Part shown: positions 38,277 through 52,058 of the stretch, one piece after another
How positions within the stretch are numbered: the stretch's first letter is position 1
Layout: each line of letters begins with the position of its first letter
Assembly: GCA_965203295.1 (NCBI GenBank)
Contig: CBDBCZ010000017.1
Coordinates: 1,600,001-1,664,000 of the forward strand
DNA: 64,000 bases
Direction: 5' to 3'
From: Nitrospirales bacterium
Lineage (GTDB): Bacteria > Nitrospirota > Nitrospiria > Nitrospirales > UBA8639
Program-made: the position numbers and the translations under genes
Notes under the pieces: generated by a model
The model's database searches: none
What the model was told of the DNA's origin: nothing
Seen by the model: the letters and a program-made list of their open reading frames with translations, nothing else

Positions 38277-39239
38277 TCTTACCTTATTTTTAGGGATCTC
38301 ATCCTGACTTGCTCTTCATTGATCTTTTCTGTGTAATGTGGTGCTGATGCTAACTTGTTTTGGTAGTTTTTCAAGACCGTACATACACTAGCTCAGATTC
38401 AACTACCACGCCACAACACTACTTACCTCATACTAAGAGGTGGTCGACAATGAAATCTTGATTAATGTCTCGCTCTCACATAGGCTGTGTGAGTGTTAGA
38501 GGTCTCCATCTATTAACTTATAAGCTAAATGTTTTGGCCGAACCCTGTGGCAACTGGGGCAAGCATTGCGCGAGACCTAGGCCGGCAGTATCGTGAGACA
38601 CGTACAGAGCTGCAGCCCAGGATACTGTAGGCTAGGCCAGTGAGGGCTCAGGGAACCATGGATGCAGGCTCAAGGAGTCTTGTGAATAGGTTGAGAGGCT
38701 GGAGGCTCAAGGAGCCTTGTGAATAGGTTTGGGTTGACTTAGTCCATAGTCGTTCAATCACTGCAACTGACATGTTTGAGATTGCGCAATCGTGCAATTG
38801 GTGCCTTGCGCATGTGTAATGGCTAATAACTGTCTGCTCACGCTAAAATAGTTCATAGTTTGTAATGGCCTAGAAACCATACTAGTGGCATCTCACTTGA
38901 TGATCTGTTAATTAATTAATACAGCAATCTCTGCAGTGTGTTTTGTGGCTATCACAGTCTGGGTGTGCATATGGTTTTCAGGATGGCTGGAAAGAATTTG
39001 GACATTCAGGAAGTGCATAGTAACATTCTTAATTGGTTGGCGTACATCTGACTAGTATCAGAAGGTCCTGGGTTCAATCCCCACCTGGGTCCTGATTTTT
39101 CGGGATTTCGTTACTCTCTCAGAAAGCTTATCATCTCACAGAGGTTTGCAGTGTACATATCAAAACACATAATTTATTAATGAAAATAGTCGAAATTTGT
39201 TTAAAGTGTGATAGTATGTACCATCAGCCAGAGAAGAAA

Positions 39240-40149
39240 ACAAGAACACTGTGTGTTCAGAACCCTCGGTGCTGTACTTGAGAGTTAATGAACATTACCT
39301 ACGCGGTGGATTTGATGAAGCTTGGTTTGAATCTTTTTGAATCGTGTTCTGTTGCACTTTAATTAAGTGTTGTGAGTTATTGATACTTTGGTTGTTTTAG
39401 TTTCATTGCCCCTTTTAGCTACTTTAGACTCTATGTCATCTTTTCTACGTTTGGCTTTCTCTTCAGAAGTTTCAATTGCCCTCTTACGCTTAGCTTTCTC
39501 TTCACCAGTTTCATTGTACCTCTTAGCTACTATTTGCTCTTTAACATGCTTCCTGCAGTTTAATGCATGAATTTCTGCTTCTAAGGCTCTCAAGTCTGCT
39601 CGTTTTTCAAGCTTCCTACTCTTGCTAATTTGAGTTGTTCGTCTCAGTACAAACACATGTCCACAATCACAACATACTTTTCTAATGTGAATAGCAGCAA
39701 GACACTTTGGGCGAACTTTTGCGGCATTATACCATGTAAAATACAATGACCAAAGTATCAATAGCTCACGGCACTTCAAGTGCAAGACAATCACAGAACA
39801 TGATTCAAAGAGATTCAAACCGAAATCCACCGCGTGGGGAATGTGTAGATATCTAAATAACGCACAATATGGCATGGCCTTAATTACTTGCAGTAACGCA
39901 TTATTAAATGGCCGGCCGCTCGTAGCAGCAAGAACGCAAGTGTTGCTGTATCTCAGCAACTGCAGCTTGTTGTACAAAATCGCACATCTATCCTCGAGAC
40001 AATATCGATTGCCTAAATTCAGCACCTTCAGCTGGACAACTGGACAACTGGACGTGTTCTTCACATTTCGGTGGGACAAAGTCAGTTGAAACAGACACGC
40101 AAAACGACTACCGTAATTACCGCTCGCACGCGCTCACGCGCCGAGGGTT
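39240..40149 (-). mobile_element. Non-autonomous Helentron with an STPR-repeat coding remnant (copy at 55218-56118)
   Basis: Minus strand: 5' aaccctcggcgc, 3' sub-TIR gc(a/g)ccgagggtt plus stem-loop gaacac..gtgttc. Confidence 0.65.
39363..39730 (-). pseudogene. Zn-ribbon plus 23-aa STPR-like repeats (Rep/Hel N-terminal remnant)
   Basis: (C/R)PKC...CDCGHVF followed by the 23-mers EAEIHALNCRKHVKEQIVAKRYN and ETSEEKAKRRKDDIESKVAKRGN. Confidence 0.6.
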
Positions 40150-40240
40150 GACTAGTACACTTGACTGAACAATGATGCACTCCAGGCTTATCGGCAGATA
40201 TAACTGTATTCATGCAACTTAATTGCTAACTATTGACAAC

Positions 40241-40349
40241 CCCACAAGTGTTTTGAGCAATGCTGCCTGTATAAGATGGGAGTTGCATGTAACAATGTTC
40301 TTTTTTTGTGTGGGATATACAATTTTTGGAAGGCCTAATTAAAGGGCCT
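40241..40349 (+). ncRNA. Candidate Sm-class small RNA module
   Basis: cccacaagtg, tataa at +29, aatttttgg, hairpin aggcct...gggcct. Confidence 0.4.
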
Positions 40350-40712
40350 ACAACTGTTAATGAGATTGAAAGGTGACTGCACTGTTGCAGTGTGGAGCAC
40401 ACAGTGCTGTATTTTTAGTTGCCTGCATTTTTCGCTCTTTAATGTCTAAAGTACCTGCTAGAAGTGGATAACAGAATCCAATAGCACATGTGCAATGTAA
40501 AAATATTTGGAAATTCACATTAGATTGACCAGAGTTGCCGCCTTCATACGGGATAGATGCAAGGGTATTTATACATCTTAATTAGGAGGCTTTCTAACGC
40601 CCACAAGTTTTTTGAGCAGTACTACCTTTATAGATTCTCTCCATTGCAAAGATTCTGTAATTAAATGCTCCCAAATGATCTGGCCACCCCCCCCCCCCCT
40701 TTTCCGCCTTAG

Positions 40713-40751
40713 GACCTAAAGCCAGGAGTGAGTGAGAACTGAGACCTGGAG
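40713..40751 (+). pseudogene. p38-type MAPK micro-exon remnant
   Basis: Pyrimidine tract + tag|gac cta aag cca gga gtg agt gag aac tga gac ctg = DLKP-GVSEN*DL (cf. DLKPSNLAVNEDCELK). Confidence 0.55.
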
Positions 40752-41085
40752 TGACTCATCATTGATTAGAGGGGAACATTTTAAGGTACATGTACCTTGC
40801 TCGTCCATTTTTTAAACTAGCTCTCAGAATAAAGATGCTGATTTAGGTGATTTTTCAAGTTTGGTATCTTGCAGAAGTCATAAGACCTTTGGGCTATCAC
40901 TATAATCAAAAATAGAGACCAAAGTTTATGTTGGTCGGCCAGCACAACTACCATGTAATGAGGTGTGCTGCCAAGCACCTCACTGTTGCAGTAGCACGCT
41001 TGACGTAGAGGAAGGATCTGCTTAATATAGCCTTGACAAGTAATATAACTTTATTCATGCACCTTAATTACTAATTACTGACAAA

Positions 41086-41198
41086 CCCACAAGTGGTTTA
41101 AGCAATGCTGCCTTTATAAGGAGGAGCTGCACACAGTTGTGTGCTCATGTTCAATCTTTTGGTTACTACAATTTTTGGGAGGCCTAATTAAAGGGCTT
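41086..41198 (+). ncRNA. Candidate Sm-class small RNA module
   Basis: cccacaagtg, tataa at +29, aatttttgg, hairpin aggcct...gggctt. Confidence 0.4.
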
Positions 41199-42360
41199 AT
41201 AGGTCACTGCAATATGAATGTACTGGTCCAGTGTAGGTCACAGGAGCACACTGCCATATCATGTATAGCTTTGTACTTGCTCGAAAGCCTCCACTGTGCT
41301 TCAAGGTGTGTATATTACTACATCAGCTGTTTTAAATGCTCATAGCTTTACAAACAACAAACAGCCTTGGAGTGCAGCAAGCCACCCTTGCTTGGTAAAA
41401 GCACCATGTTTTATATCATTGTGCTAAAGACAGATCAAATCCCCTAATACCATTGTCTCTAATTGTGATGTTATCTAACCTTGGCGGTGTTACTAGGTGA
41501 ATGCGGGGCATTGTGGGGAGAGCATGAGCAAGCCTTATTGGAGTTAGCAAGTGAGACTGCACGAGCTAGCTACGTTTTGTAGAGACTGAGAGAGTTTGGT
41601 TACTATATATACTCAGTTTGGTACTCAAAGTACACCCTCTTGGTAGAAATTAACCAGTGGTGTCAGTACCCGTGATGTATCAGTGACTATATTGATCATC
41701 TGCAGGCTATTGTGATTTGCTGAGATATCGAAACATGCCCTAGCACTAGCAGTATAAGTACATCAGTCCTGTCCGAGCCTGGGACTCCTGATTTGGAGGA
41801 GTTCTACTCTATAGCTCTGCTGACTGCAGCTGTCCTGAATCAGATATTATAGTATGCCAGGAGAGGTCTGAGGTGTCAGTGGCACCTCCTCCTCCTCCTC
41901 CCTGAGGACCCAGCAACAGCCTGCTGGAGCAACACATACCCCACCCATCACACAGTGTGTACTGGTTGTCTGGCTGTTGGGACCTTGCTTTACTTTTCTC
42001 GGGGGGGGGGGGGGGGGGGCATTGTTTCTTCATTTTAGAGTGCTAGGTGCCCGTACATAGAGCCTTTTGGCTGAGGTGTGTTCCACCCCAACCTGGCTAC
42101 TCTTCATGCAGTGGAAATGATCAATGTCAGCTCTGACATTACACCTTTAAGCTGAGTCACTATACTATCCTATCCTTGGTAAATTATTGTAAACTGCATG
42201 GGGAAGGCCCATCAAATGGTAGTAAGAGCTCACTATGACAATACCACCCACAAAATGGGGATCTTCCTGAATTCACGCTTTCAGATTGTGTAGCAATATA
42301 GACAAATGACAGTTTGGTAGTTTACGTTAATATTGGTAGCCAAATTCTTGTCATACTCTA

Positions 42361-42909
42361 CTGTATAGCACTTAAATTTGGTGGGTCTAAAAATTCGCAA
42401 ATAGCCGTTTTTGAACATTTCGTTAAAATAATTTCACGAGTTCGTTCGCCACACCCACGTACTAATGAATTTATAGGCTGAGTTACTGTGCACACAGATT
42501 TAAAGGAAGCTTAAGTAGTGAATGGTGGCTAGCACTCCACGCTTCGCCGCTCGTTTTCCAAGTTTAGCCTTCTTCGCGCTCGTTTTCAGGTATGCTCTCC
42601 TGACCTTCGCGCAGGCAGACGGCTGAAGTACAGCGACTTCGCTGTTTGCCGCAGAAATCGCGGACGAGGGCACTTGTTTGGAGAGCGCTCTGGCAACTTG
42701 GACCCCGGATACTACTGCCCATCCACTCTCTTGAAATACCAAAAACATAGGCAGTACATGTATAATTATGTCTATGCACATGCACTCTACTATCTATCTA
42801 TGCATACTAGCGGAAGTATAAAAAATTTTGTTGAAATAATTTTTGCGAATCGCTCCAAATTCACAAAATTCGTGAAATTAAAGACCCACTAAATTTACGC
42901 TCTATACGG
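42361..42909. mobile_element. pogo-like MITE, relative of the 35417 element
   Basis: TIR c(t/c)gtatag...taaattt.gtgggtct, TA flanks; VPSSAISAANSEV...AYLKTSAKKAKLGKRAAKRGVLATIHY on the minus strand. Confidence 0.75.
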
Positions 42910-43159
42910 TATTATGTCGGGCTAGGTGTGTACTAACTAACCTATCTTCTTAAGATATTGGGCCAGCATACACTTTCTACAACTGGTGCCCTGAGAGTGA
43001 GCTGTAACCATAGTAATTGCATTCTGGGTGAATTAATGTATGTATTAGTATTAAACCCACAAGTGCCTTGCCCACAGTAAGCAAGGCACTTGTGGGTTTG
43101 ATACCAGCTAACTGGTTTCATAAGTCAATCTACTTTCTGGAGTTTAGGAGAGGACACTA

Positions 43160-43955
43160 AGTAATAGTTAGTGCACCCCGACGAGGGCTCTAACCAACAT
43201 TATTGACCGAGGAAAGTAATTTTCCCCGAGGGGGGTCGAGGGCTTTGCCCGAGACCTTCCGAGGAAAAATTACTTTCCGAGGTCAATAATGGAGGTTGAG
43301 CCCGAGTATTTGGGTGCACTAACTGACTTAGATTATAGTTCGCTCCTGTATTTTGTAAAAAATTAGCAATACAACACTACAACAAGCAATGCATGTACAC
43401 AGGAATAAATAATAATACTGCTACAGTGTTCGTTAGGAGCCTTGCATGGGCTGGCTACGTAAGGCTACAGTGTTCGAAGGTAGTCTTGAGGGCTAGTTCG
43501 GCGATAGCTGTACATGTCTTGCAAGATGCGTGTTCAGAGAGTGAGCCACTTGAGTGAAGGCGCTGATTGAAGAAGAGTCTCTGGGTTTTGTAGCGCTCTT
43601 GGAACGTCCCTGGAGACGCTGCAAACACTGTGGGCCGAACGCGTTGGCCTTGACTGGCACATGGCAACAGCTTCAGCGATGTTAATTCACTCTTCAGCAC
43701 AACGCAAACACTGTTTAGTCAATTCGAGCTCTTCTGTGCCGTCCACTACCTCCACTCGCATTAGCGTACTCCTCTCCATGCTGAATATTGAAGCGACTGT
43801 GAGCATGACAACGGCTGAACGATTTTATACGCGTTGCTACGCCACCGAGGTTGCTAGGCACGCGTTCGTGCACGTGCACGCGCGTGCTTTAACCTACATT
43901 ATTGACCTCATTTCTAGCGATTTGATTGGCTAGTACGCTACTACTATAATCTAAT
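43160..43955. mobile_element. Crypton-like element with a ~155-nt hairpin
   Basis: gttagtgcacc...ggtgcactaac hairpin centred on cgagggctttgcccgag; ttagattatag/ctataatctaa inverted pair at ~43328 and ~43944. Confidence 0.45.
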
Positions 43956-46561
43956 AAGGTCTCAAAGGATGCTAAATCTCGTAGATCACATTGGCTAGAT
44001 TACTACCCGATGTGGTTTGAAGTAGACCGATATAAGTGGCCAAAACGCTCGTGGCCGTGTTGTGGTGTGAGACTTGTATGAAGCACGAGAGTTGTATTGT
44101 GGGAATGAGGAACTTCTCCGGGGCATGGACAACTGGCTCCAGCAACCAGAAAACGAGTAACATCATTGACCATGCTACCTAGCCTCGTTCCCAGGCTCTA
44201 CTGCCCAACTTGCTGATCACAAGCTACTCACCTAACGCTCGTAGTCTTCTATCTTATAGTCTAACTTTCATGCCATGAGTGATTTACATAACACTGGTAA
44301 ATTTGAAATTGCTCTGTAATTTAAATGTCAGACCATGTCCGACCATAACCTGGGTTGATCTGACATCATGTCAGATCAGTTTTCAAAATTCAAAATTATA
44401 ATGCACACTGAATGCTAGTAGTGGGTCACTCATTGCTGTACTAAAATGGTGGATGAGAGAGGGGGGCAGTAGGTAACCCAGAGGAGAGGGAGGCGTGGCA
44501 CCCAATGGGAGAGGGACTGTGGGGGTGGGTTATGTAGAACATCTCATCACACAGTTCTGGAAATGTCTCTGAAACAGCACTGCACCCTAACCTTACACTA
44601 TCCAAACTTTTTCCAGGTCCTGGTTCACTAGTAGCCCCTGGTATCTCTATGGGTAGGAACTAATCAAACAATGGCTGTGTTTCTCTACATTCTACCAGAG
44701 ACCCTGTTTCAGCAATAAGTCTGTGACACAAACGGGCTATGAAGATTAGCCACTGATTTGCTACCTTCACTCGTCTGAGAATTGCAGCTGTGCTCACCCC
44801 CAGTCTATACCTTTCTACTTCCTTTCTCTTTGTCCTGTGCGTGTGACTTTACTCACCAGGCACTGTGATGAGTTTTATGTATTACTAACCAAATATGGCC
44901 TGGGCCTGGGAACGAGGCTGCGCATTCCCACTGTGCGGCTCCGCAAATACTAGACCTACATGCGTCCATATGAGAGTGCAAGCACTCCCAGCCCAGGCTC
45001 CACTACCTTTATTTTCATATAATGTGCTACTTACTTTCCAACATACTAAAATAGAGCTAGCAGTGGAGACTGGGAACAAAGCTAAGACTGCTGTCTTGAA
45101 GTCTAGCTGTCTGTAATAGATATAAGCTACCATATAGTGGGATTTCTTTGAGGGAGAATAGTTTCGTAAATTTCACAGCTTTGTGACTGTACACGAAAAT
45201 ATTGTTTGTGAAAATTTAAAATCATCAGCATTCGGCATGTACTAAGCTAGTCTCAGTGTGCTGTGATGGCACTGTACCGATATGTTCCACGCGTGTAGTC
45301 AGCATTATCTTTGCCCAATAGTCTACTTTTAGTGGTAGTATCTGCTTCCGCCATTTCAGCTGCCCATAAAGCGGTGAAAGCCATGCGGCCGACGCCAGCA
45401 TTGGCAGTGGAGACAATGAGGTAGGACAGTGCTCAGCATGGGCCGTATGACCAGTTCGAAAAAACTGCCGGAATTGGTAAAAGGGCAGCTAAGCATGACG
45501 CCTTCCCTTCTCTAAACTCAAAGATAGTAGGCATGGCCTTGCTGCAGCGGAATCGCAAAGATATTTCCACCAAGTTTTTCATTTGAATGTGCATTCTTGT
45601 GATCCACAAAATATCTCTCCCTCAAACATTATATGATAGGACTAGCTAGCTAGGTAGATGGTGTTTACAGATAGTAGACAGTGTCATTGGTGAAAACAAT
45701 ATGCCTGCAATTGTATCTATTGTGAGCTAGGTTAGGAAGGTCCTGTGTTCGATAATTGGAAGGGGCTTCTGGTGGCATTTTGGCTGTGGTTAGGGTAGTG
45801 AGTTGCCCCACTGTTTTGTATGTGTTTTATTGTTGTCACTATGATTGGGGTTCTGGCCACCTCACTGATATGATTGCAATGAGTGTGTGCCTGCTCGAGG
45901 CTCTAATGTATATTGATAGCATGCATGAGCATGCTATCAATGTGGACACCAACAGTTTTTGCTGACTTCCTTTGCTGGATTAGTAAACTGCAAACCATGT
46001 TTTATCTTGTAAACGCATGATGACTTCGAATTTGTCAGATCTGAACAGTACTGTTGTACACAATCTCCAATGCCGTAATACCTTCAAGTAATATAGACAG
46101 TAAGTGCTTACCCTGTGTGTTACTATCACATTAAGGATCACTAAAATAGTCTGGACTACATATGGACTATGAGCACCTATCGAGAAAAAAAACAAGTGCT
46201 CGTAAAAAGGTGGAGCCACGTATTACGAATATATAAATAGCAAGTATACATGCCTCTCCAATTGTAAAGTTCTAAATTTCTCATTTCTGTGATCGTGAAG
46301 CGGTGGGCCAGTGTTATGAAGAATAGAAAAAGCTAGCATAAAGAACTGCTTTGATCAGGTACACGTACATTATGGCTGTTTTGTTTTGCTCTTTTTTGTT
46401 ATTGCGAAGGTCTTAAATCCTTTAATTCTCTTTCTTCTCTCTGGACTGACGACAAACAGATCAATTACTTAAATAACCTACTCGCATACGCATGCGGGTA
46501 ACTACAGTTACAAGCTACATTAACAACTCTACCATCAGAGGGAAAGCAGCTGCAAGTGGAA

Positions 46562-47099
46562 CTAGAAGTCTCTAGCAGAGACACACCCCGCGGCGCATAA
46601 TTCACAACTTGGAGCTGGCAGGACTGCAGACTGGGCTGATTGAGTAGTTGGCAGAGTGTACATGTATATCACTGGCTGTGCATCCGCACGCAGAGTGTAC
46701 AGCGCTCATGTACGCGTATATATCTGTATATCCTATGGGAAGTGGTGGGCGTGACTGATTGCCAGTATGAACACGTGACCAGAGTCAGTGTATGCCCGGC
46801 CTCTATCGTATTCTAGTTGTGACCGTATTAAAATGGCAGAATGCACCGTTGTTAAATAAGAAAGAGCTGTAGATACAGCGAATGGAACCGCTTTGGCGAG
46901 TATCAGGTACACACCCGGACATTTTTTTTTAAATTTCAATGTTACTGTCGTGTTTAGCAATCGTTTAACCCTGTAAATCGCGAGATAGCCCGATTTTTGA
47001 GTGGACAGACACCTGACAGACGGACGGACGGACGGACGGACGGACGGACAGACAGAACCAATTGCTTAACCCCGCCGCCGCCTACGCGCCGCGGGGTAA
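46562..47099 (-). mobile_element. Complete HINE/DINE-1-like Helentron-associated element
   Basis: Absent from copy 1 (gtggaattacgcc at ~30372); minus strand TT site, sub-TIR accccgcggcgc/gcgccgcggggt, (gtcc)n microsatellite, 3' stem-loop gtctct-gct-agagac. Confidence 0.9.
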
Positions 47100-48263
47100 T
47101 TACGCCAGGCTCAAGTATATAGTATCCACCCACATAGTGTTTTGAACAAGAGCTGCATATTTAATTAAGGAAGGTCCTATAGTCTCGGGTCCACTCCTTC
47201 CTGCCCTAGCTTTAATTTGTCTTGCAGCCCAGGGGGGAAGGCCTGGGAATGAGGTCGCCAGTACATTGCATGGGTAGATCAAAGGAATAGCCTTATTTCC
47301 TGAACTCCTTTGATAGCCTACCACATGTTGTGATAAAAATGCTGGAGAGTGTATCCAGAGTGCTCTGCTGTATTTTCATGCAAGGAACCGAGTGTGTGTA
47401 TGTGTTGCCACATTGCTCTTAATCATCTACCTTCGAATGCTCATAGCTTTTTACTGACTACAAGCCTCTCTTGGGAGCAGTACTACAAATCCACCAACAC
47501 TATGGCTAATTTTGACCATCCCGTGACTCTGATAGCTAAGGGTCAGTGTTGTCTAACCTTTTGGTAGCATACACTACGTGAATGCAGGGCATTGTGGTGC
47601 GAGTGTGAGAAAGCTACAGTATTATTAGCACAGGTGATTGTATGGACTAGTTGAGTTTTGTAGAAACTGAGAATTGAATGTGAACAAGATAGGAAAGTAC
47701 TAGCTAAGATCCGGCCAGCCCATTTAACAAGACCACAGGACATGGCGAACAATTTTCTCTGTAATTGAAGGCTGAACATTTTAGGGCCAAGCGTGTGTGT
47801 GAGACTCCTGTTGTGATGTGAATTGAGGTTGCTGTGTGTGTGTTCGACGTTCTCTATCGGAAATTGACAGAGTTCATTGATGCATAACTCTGGAGCGTAA
47901 TAATCACGATTACCTAATAATACTGTTTGCACAACCATCCATACTCTTCTTTCCATTGATAAAGGACAGAAACAGCTACATAGGTTTTAAAAGAAAAACA
48001 CTTAAAGAACATGTAGGGATGGAATCCATAAAAAACAACCAATCATGGTACCGAAATTCTTTTACAGATTACTACATCTTTGGACATTTTTCAACCCCCC
48101 ACACACCACATGCCGTCCACTACTAGCCTTGATTTCCCTCACAAGTTGGAGAAATACGTTCTGAAGCTTACATTGCCCTGCCAACCTGTTTCCAATCTCA
48201 GGCTCTGAAGCTCAGCAGCACCGGAGCAAGTGAGATCAAAGTCTTCGAGCGTCAGCCGAGATC

Positions 48264-48323
48264 ATGACTGGCTGCGTCACAACACGCTACTGGAGGGCAC
48301 CTGAGATCATGCTGAACTGGATG
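48264..48323 (+). pseudogene. p38-type MAPK fragment, copy 2
   Basis: MTGCVTTRYWRAPEIMLNWM. Confidence 0.8.
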
Positions 48324-51300
48324 TGGCATGGTTAGTGTCTTGGTAGAGGGGGTCACCAGGGTGGGCCTTTGGTAACCAAGGTCTCATTAGTGGCCAGTCA
48401 AACATGCTAATTGTGAGTAGTGTGACTGTGAGTTGTTGTCTGGTTGGTCGGCAACATTCCTCAGGCTACATGTAACTGTACATGCTAGCAGGAACTTTAC
48501 AAATGGACTGCTGTCTTGTAGTCTTAACTCTGGTTTACATGTACTAGTAGTTGTGCTCGCTTTGCTCGCGCAACTACTTGGGCTTGTTGAACTCGCTCGC
48601 TCTATACAGATAGAAATGAAAAGAAGTGTCCCCTCTAGTGACTTGTATGGAACATTTTGCATATGCCAAGGCCGGCAATAGTGCTACTGACTGAACCACG
48701 TACATGTAGAGGCAGCACCACGTTCAATCCTCAACTTTGCGTTAAAAATCTCCACTATAGCTAGTGTAGCTGACTGATTCCTGCCTGAGCCATGTGGAGG
48801 TAGTAACTCAAAGGAGAAACTGCAAACAACTGCAGAAGCAGCGACTGCAAACAACTGCAAAGCAAAACAGGAAAGCTAAGACCGAAGCCTAGCCGTAAGT
48901 GCACTGTACTAGCTCGACCCTTAGTGGATACACTTTCACAGTCATCACCACTTTTGTAGCTGAGTGTTGGATGGAGGCAGGTTAGGTGGGTAGCTACTAA
49001 CAGTCCTTTAAAAAGGCTTGCTCCTGCAGCAACTAGTGGTACGGGTGTATCTGACAATCATGTATGACATTAGTGCTATATGTGTCCCTGCTAGATAGGC
49101 GGAAGGAGCAAGCAGCTTCTGATATTGCCTAAAAGTTGATGATCCTGCCTCACGTCGACTAGCAGTGTAGTGTAGAGAGGAGTCAGCTGAGAGCTATGTT
49201 GTTGAGGGCTCAGGCGTAGTCTGGAACGTTGCTGAGTAGCATTATAGCCACATCCCCTAGTCAGGTCTCAAGGCACACACAGCAGCTTTCCACGTCGTGT
49301 CATTCTTCCACCTATTGCGCAATGGGCTAGCCTCGTTCCCAGGCTACAATGGGCTCCATTTGCCATGACACTATGTATTGCTGTGCAGCTGTAGTGACAT
49401 TGTAAGGATCAATTTGTGAATTACTAATCATAGGAAGTGTCCTATGAATTCATTAGTAGCTGCTAGACCCACAAGTGTTTTCTCAGTGACTGGGTGTATA
49501 AGGAGCAAGCTGCAGCAGAGATTTGGGATGACTGATGTACCTGGAAAAAGTGCATGAAGTAATGCACACAATTTTTGGAGAGCCAAAAGGCTCAACTCAG
49601 TCCCTTAGAAACATTATCATGAAGTAGATGTAGGGATGGCATTTTGTAAAGCATTGTGGTGCTGTTTTGTTTCTTTGGAGATTCCATCCCTGCATGTTTT
49701 TGTTTTTTTTCAAATGGCTTATTCATTGGGTGAGAGAAGAGGTAGATGGCTATGTAGATGTAGGATTTGATGGTAGAATTTGCTCATGGGAGGAACTTGA
49801 AGCCGATGTAATCAGGTGATGTCACTGCAAGCTGCTACCGGGCACGATCATCTACTCACTACCCATGAACTGTCTCTGAAATGCGTATATAATGTAATTG
49901 TAAGTGACAAAGTATCGGCACTTTCCTATTATCGGCGCCACACTGACTGATCATGGGAAATAGGCGTGTGTGCACACAAGAAGTCTGCCTTGGAGTTCTT
50001 GGGAAACAAGCCTGCATGATTCTAAATGCTAGTACAGAAAACACTACAAGGGCCCAAGGACTTGTAAACCCATTTGCTGAGGTGTATTCTCTGTCTACGA
50101 TGCCTTGGAACATGATCAGGCTATTCACAAAAGTTTATGTAGCAATGTTATTCATTGTATAATCATTATCTTGTGAACTGCTCAGGGAGAGGCCAAGCAA
50201 ATGGAGCTAATATTAGCTCACTGTGACAGTTATCATCCACACACTGGGGAGTGGCACTTTCGGATTGTGTGCCAATGTTGTCAAACGGCATTGGCGTATA
50301 GCCTCATTTCCACCCCCTAGCTTATACTCGCAGCCGTGGGGAAAAAGCGAGGGGGAAGGCCTGGTACCACTTATCACGTGCCGTGATGTAGGGTAGACTT
50401 TTATGCCCATGCAACGGTACTTACATGCCCACTTAGTAATTCAAAAACGGCATTTGTTAAGCACAGAACAACAGAAATGGCACTACCGAGGCCTGTTGAC
50501 TGAGGCAGACGATCCTTCAGGCAGCGATAAGCCCGGACAGACCACACTCATGGCAGCTAGATAAAAGGTAGGAGCATCTCTCACTGTCATGGCCTCTCAC
50601 CCGCCATCAGGCCTTCTAGAACGGTCCCTTTCAGCCGTGGGACAGTTGGAACTTACACAAATGTGGCCATATCGCTACCCGAAGGATTGTTTATCTCAGT
50701 CAACAGCCCTCAGTTTCAATGTTTCAGTCATTCTGTGCTTAACGGATGCTGTTTTTCATTTACCGCATAGCGCTTAAATTTCGTCGGTCTAAAAATAGCG
50801 AATAGCTAAATAATTTGCAAATTCATTAAACACGTACTACTGAATTTATGGGTGGGGTGTAACCGGGTGTACTGCACACAGACAGTAGCGTAGTAGTGAG
50901 TGGTGGCTAGCACTCCATGCTCTGCTGCTTGATGTCCAATTTCGGCCTTCTTCTCTGTGCTCATTTTCAAGTATGCTCCCTGACCTTCGCGCTGGCAGAT
51001 AGCAGTGATTTGGCTGTTTGCTGCAGAAATCGCGGACGAGGGCACTTGAAGTACCGAAACAGAAACATCTTTGTAAAGTCGGAAGCGTCAAAATTAAAAA
51101 TAATTTTGCAGGTTCACGAAATTTGTGAAATTAAAGACCTGTGAAATTTAAGCGCTATGCAGTAGTGCATGGGCATGTAAGTACCATTGTGTGGCCATAA
51201 ACGTCTACCCTGCATCACGGCACGTGATAAGTGGTACCAGGCCTTCCCCCTTACTTTTTTCCATGGCTGTGAGATAAAAGCTTGGGTGGAAGTACTGGGA

Positions 51301-51985
51301 ACGAGGCTATTTGGTGTATACATCAGTATGACAGGCCGGGTGTGTGCATTTATTGAGCTAATGTTCCTAACAGGCACTTGGACCACAGTGACTGTATATC
51401 TGGTCGCTCAGGCTCCACTTAGAGTGAATAGTGATCATAGACAGTAATGACTGAATGGCTCCCCCCCCCACCCACCTCCCACTCCCAGGATTCAAACTGG
51501 CATTTCTGGTATGTAGTTAAAGCATGACACTCCCTTTCTTCCGAGGGTACCTACTACCCTTTTCTCTCTCTCTCTGGCACACTCTATTCCAGTGGTGCCT
51601 GACCTCTCTCCCTCGTTGGAGCCTGGTCTCAGTCAGCCTCTGGGGTCTCCTGGTACTTACACTGTTGCCTAGCAAGTACCATAGCAGCAGTAGTATCTTC
51701 TGCTGTCCTCTCTTCAACTTCTTGGATCCTCAGATCCTACCTTGCTGTCGGTTAGTGATCAGAATGTCTTGACTTGGATGTGCACTCGTGGCAATTGTTG
51801 GATATTGGGAGCATAAGTGCGTATGTGTGGAATGGTGACCGTACAGATTGCTAAGAGAGATCTGAGCCCAAGTACTGACCTCACTCTGCTTCACATCACT
51901 GAGTAGTAATTGGGTCTCTCCATTGCTGTAATTAGATGCTCCCACATGACCTGGTCATTGCACATTTCCACCCCTCCCCTCTCAG

Positions 51986-52058
51986 GACCTAAAGCGAGGA
52001 GTGAGTGAGATCTATGACTGACGGCTGCTGGAGGGCACCTGAGATCATGCTGAACTGG
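51986..52058 (+). pseudogene. p38-type MAPK fragment, more deleted
   Basis: cag|DLK...GVSEI...WRAPEIMLNW. Confidence 0.65.

Larger units (their letters stand above)
28347..40248 (+). repeat. Segmental duplication copy 1 (~11.9 kb)
   Basis: Collinear and highly similar to 44524-56218; many ORF-track peptides are duplicated. Confidence 0.95.

Noticed and set aside
34143..41198. TTTTT read simply as a Pol III terminator of ~30-nt RNAs
   Set aside because: Not excluded, but the conserved AA/GG flanks, the downstream hairpin and earlier T-runs in some copies fit an Sm site better
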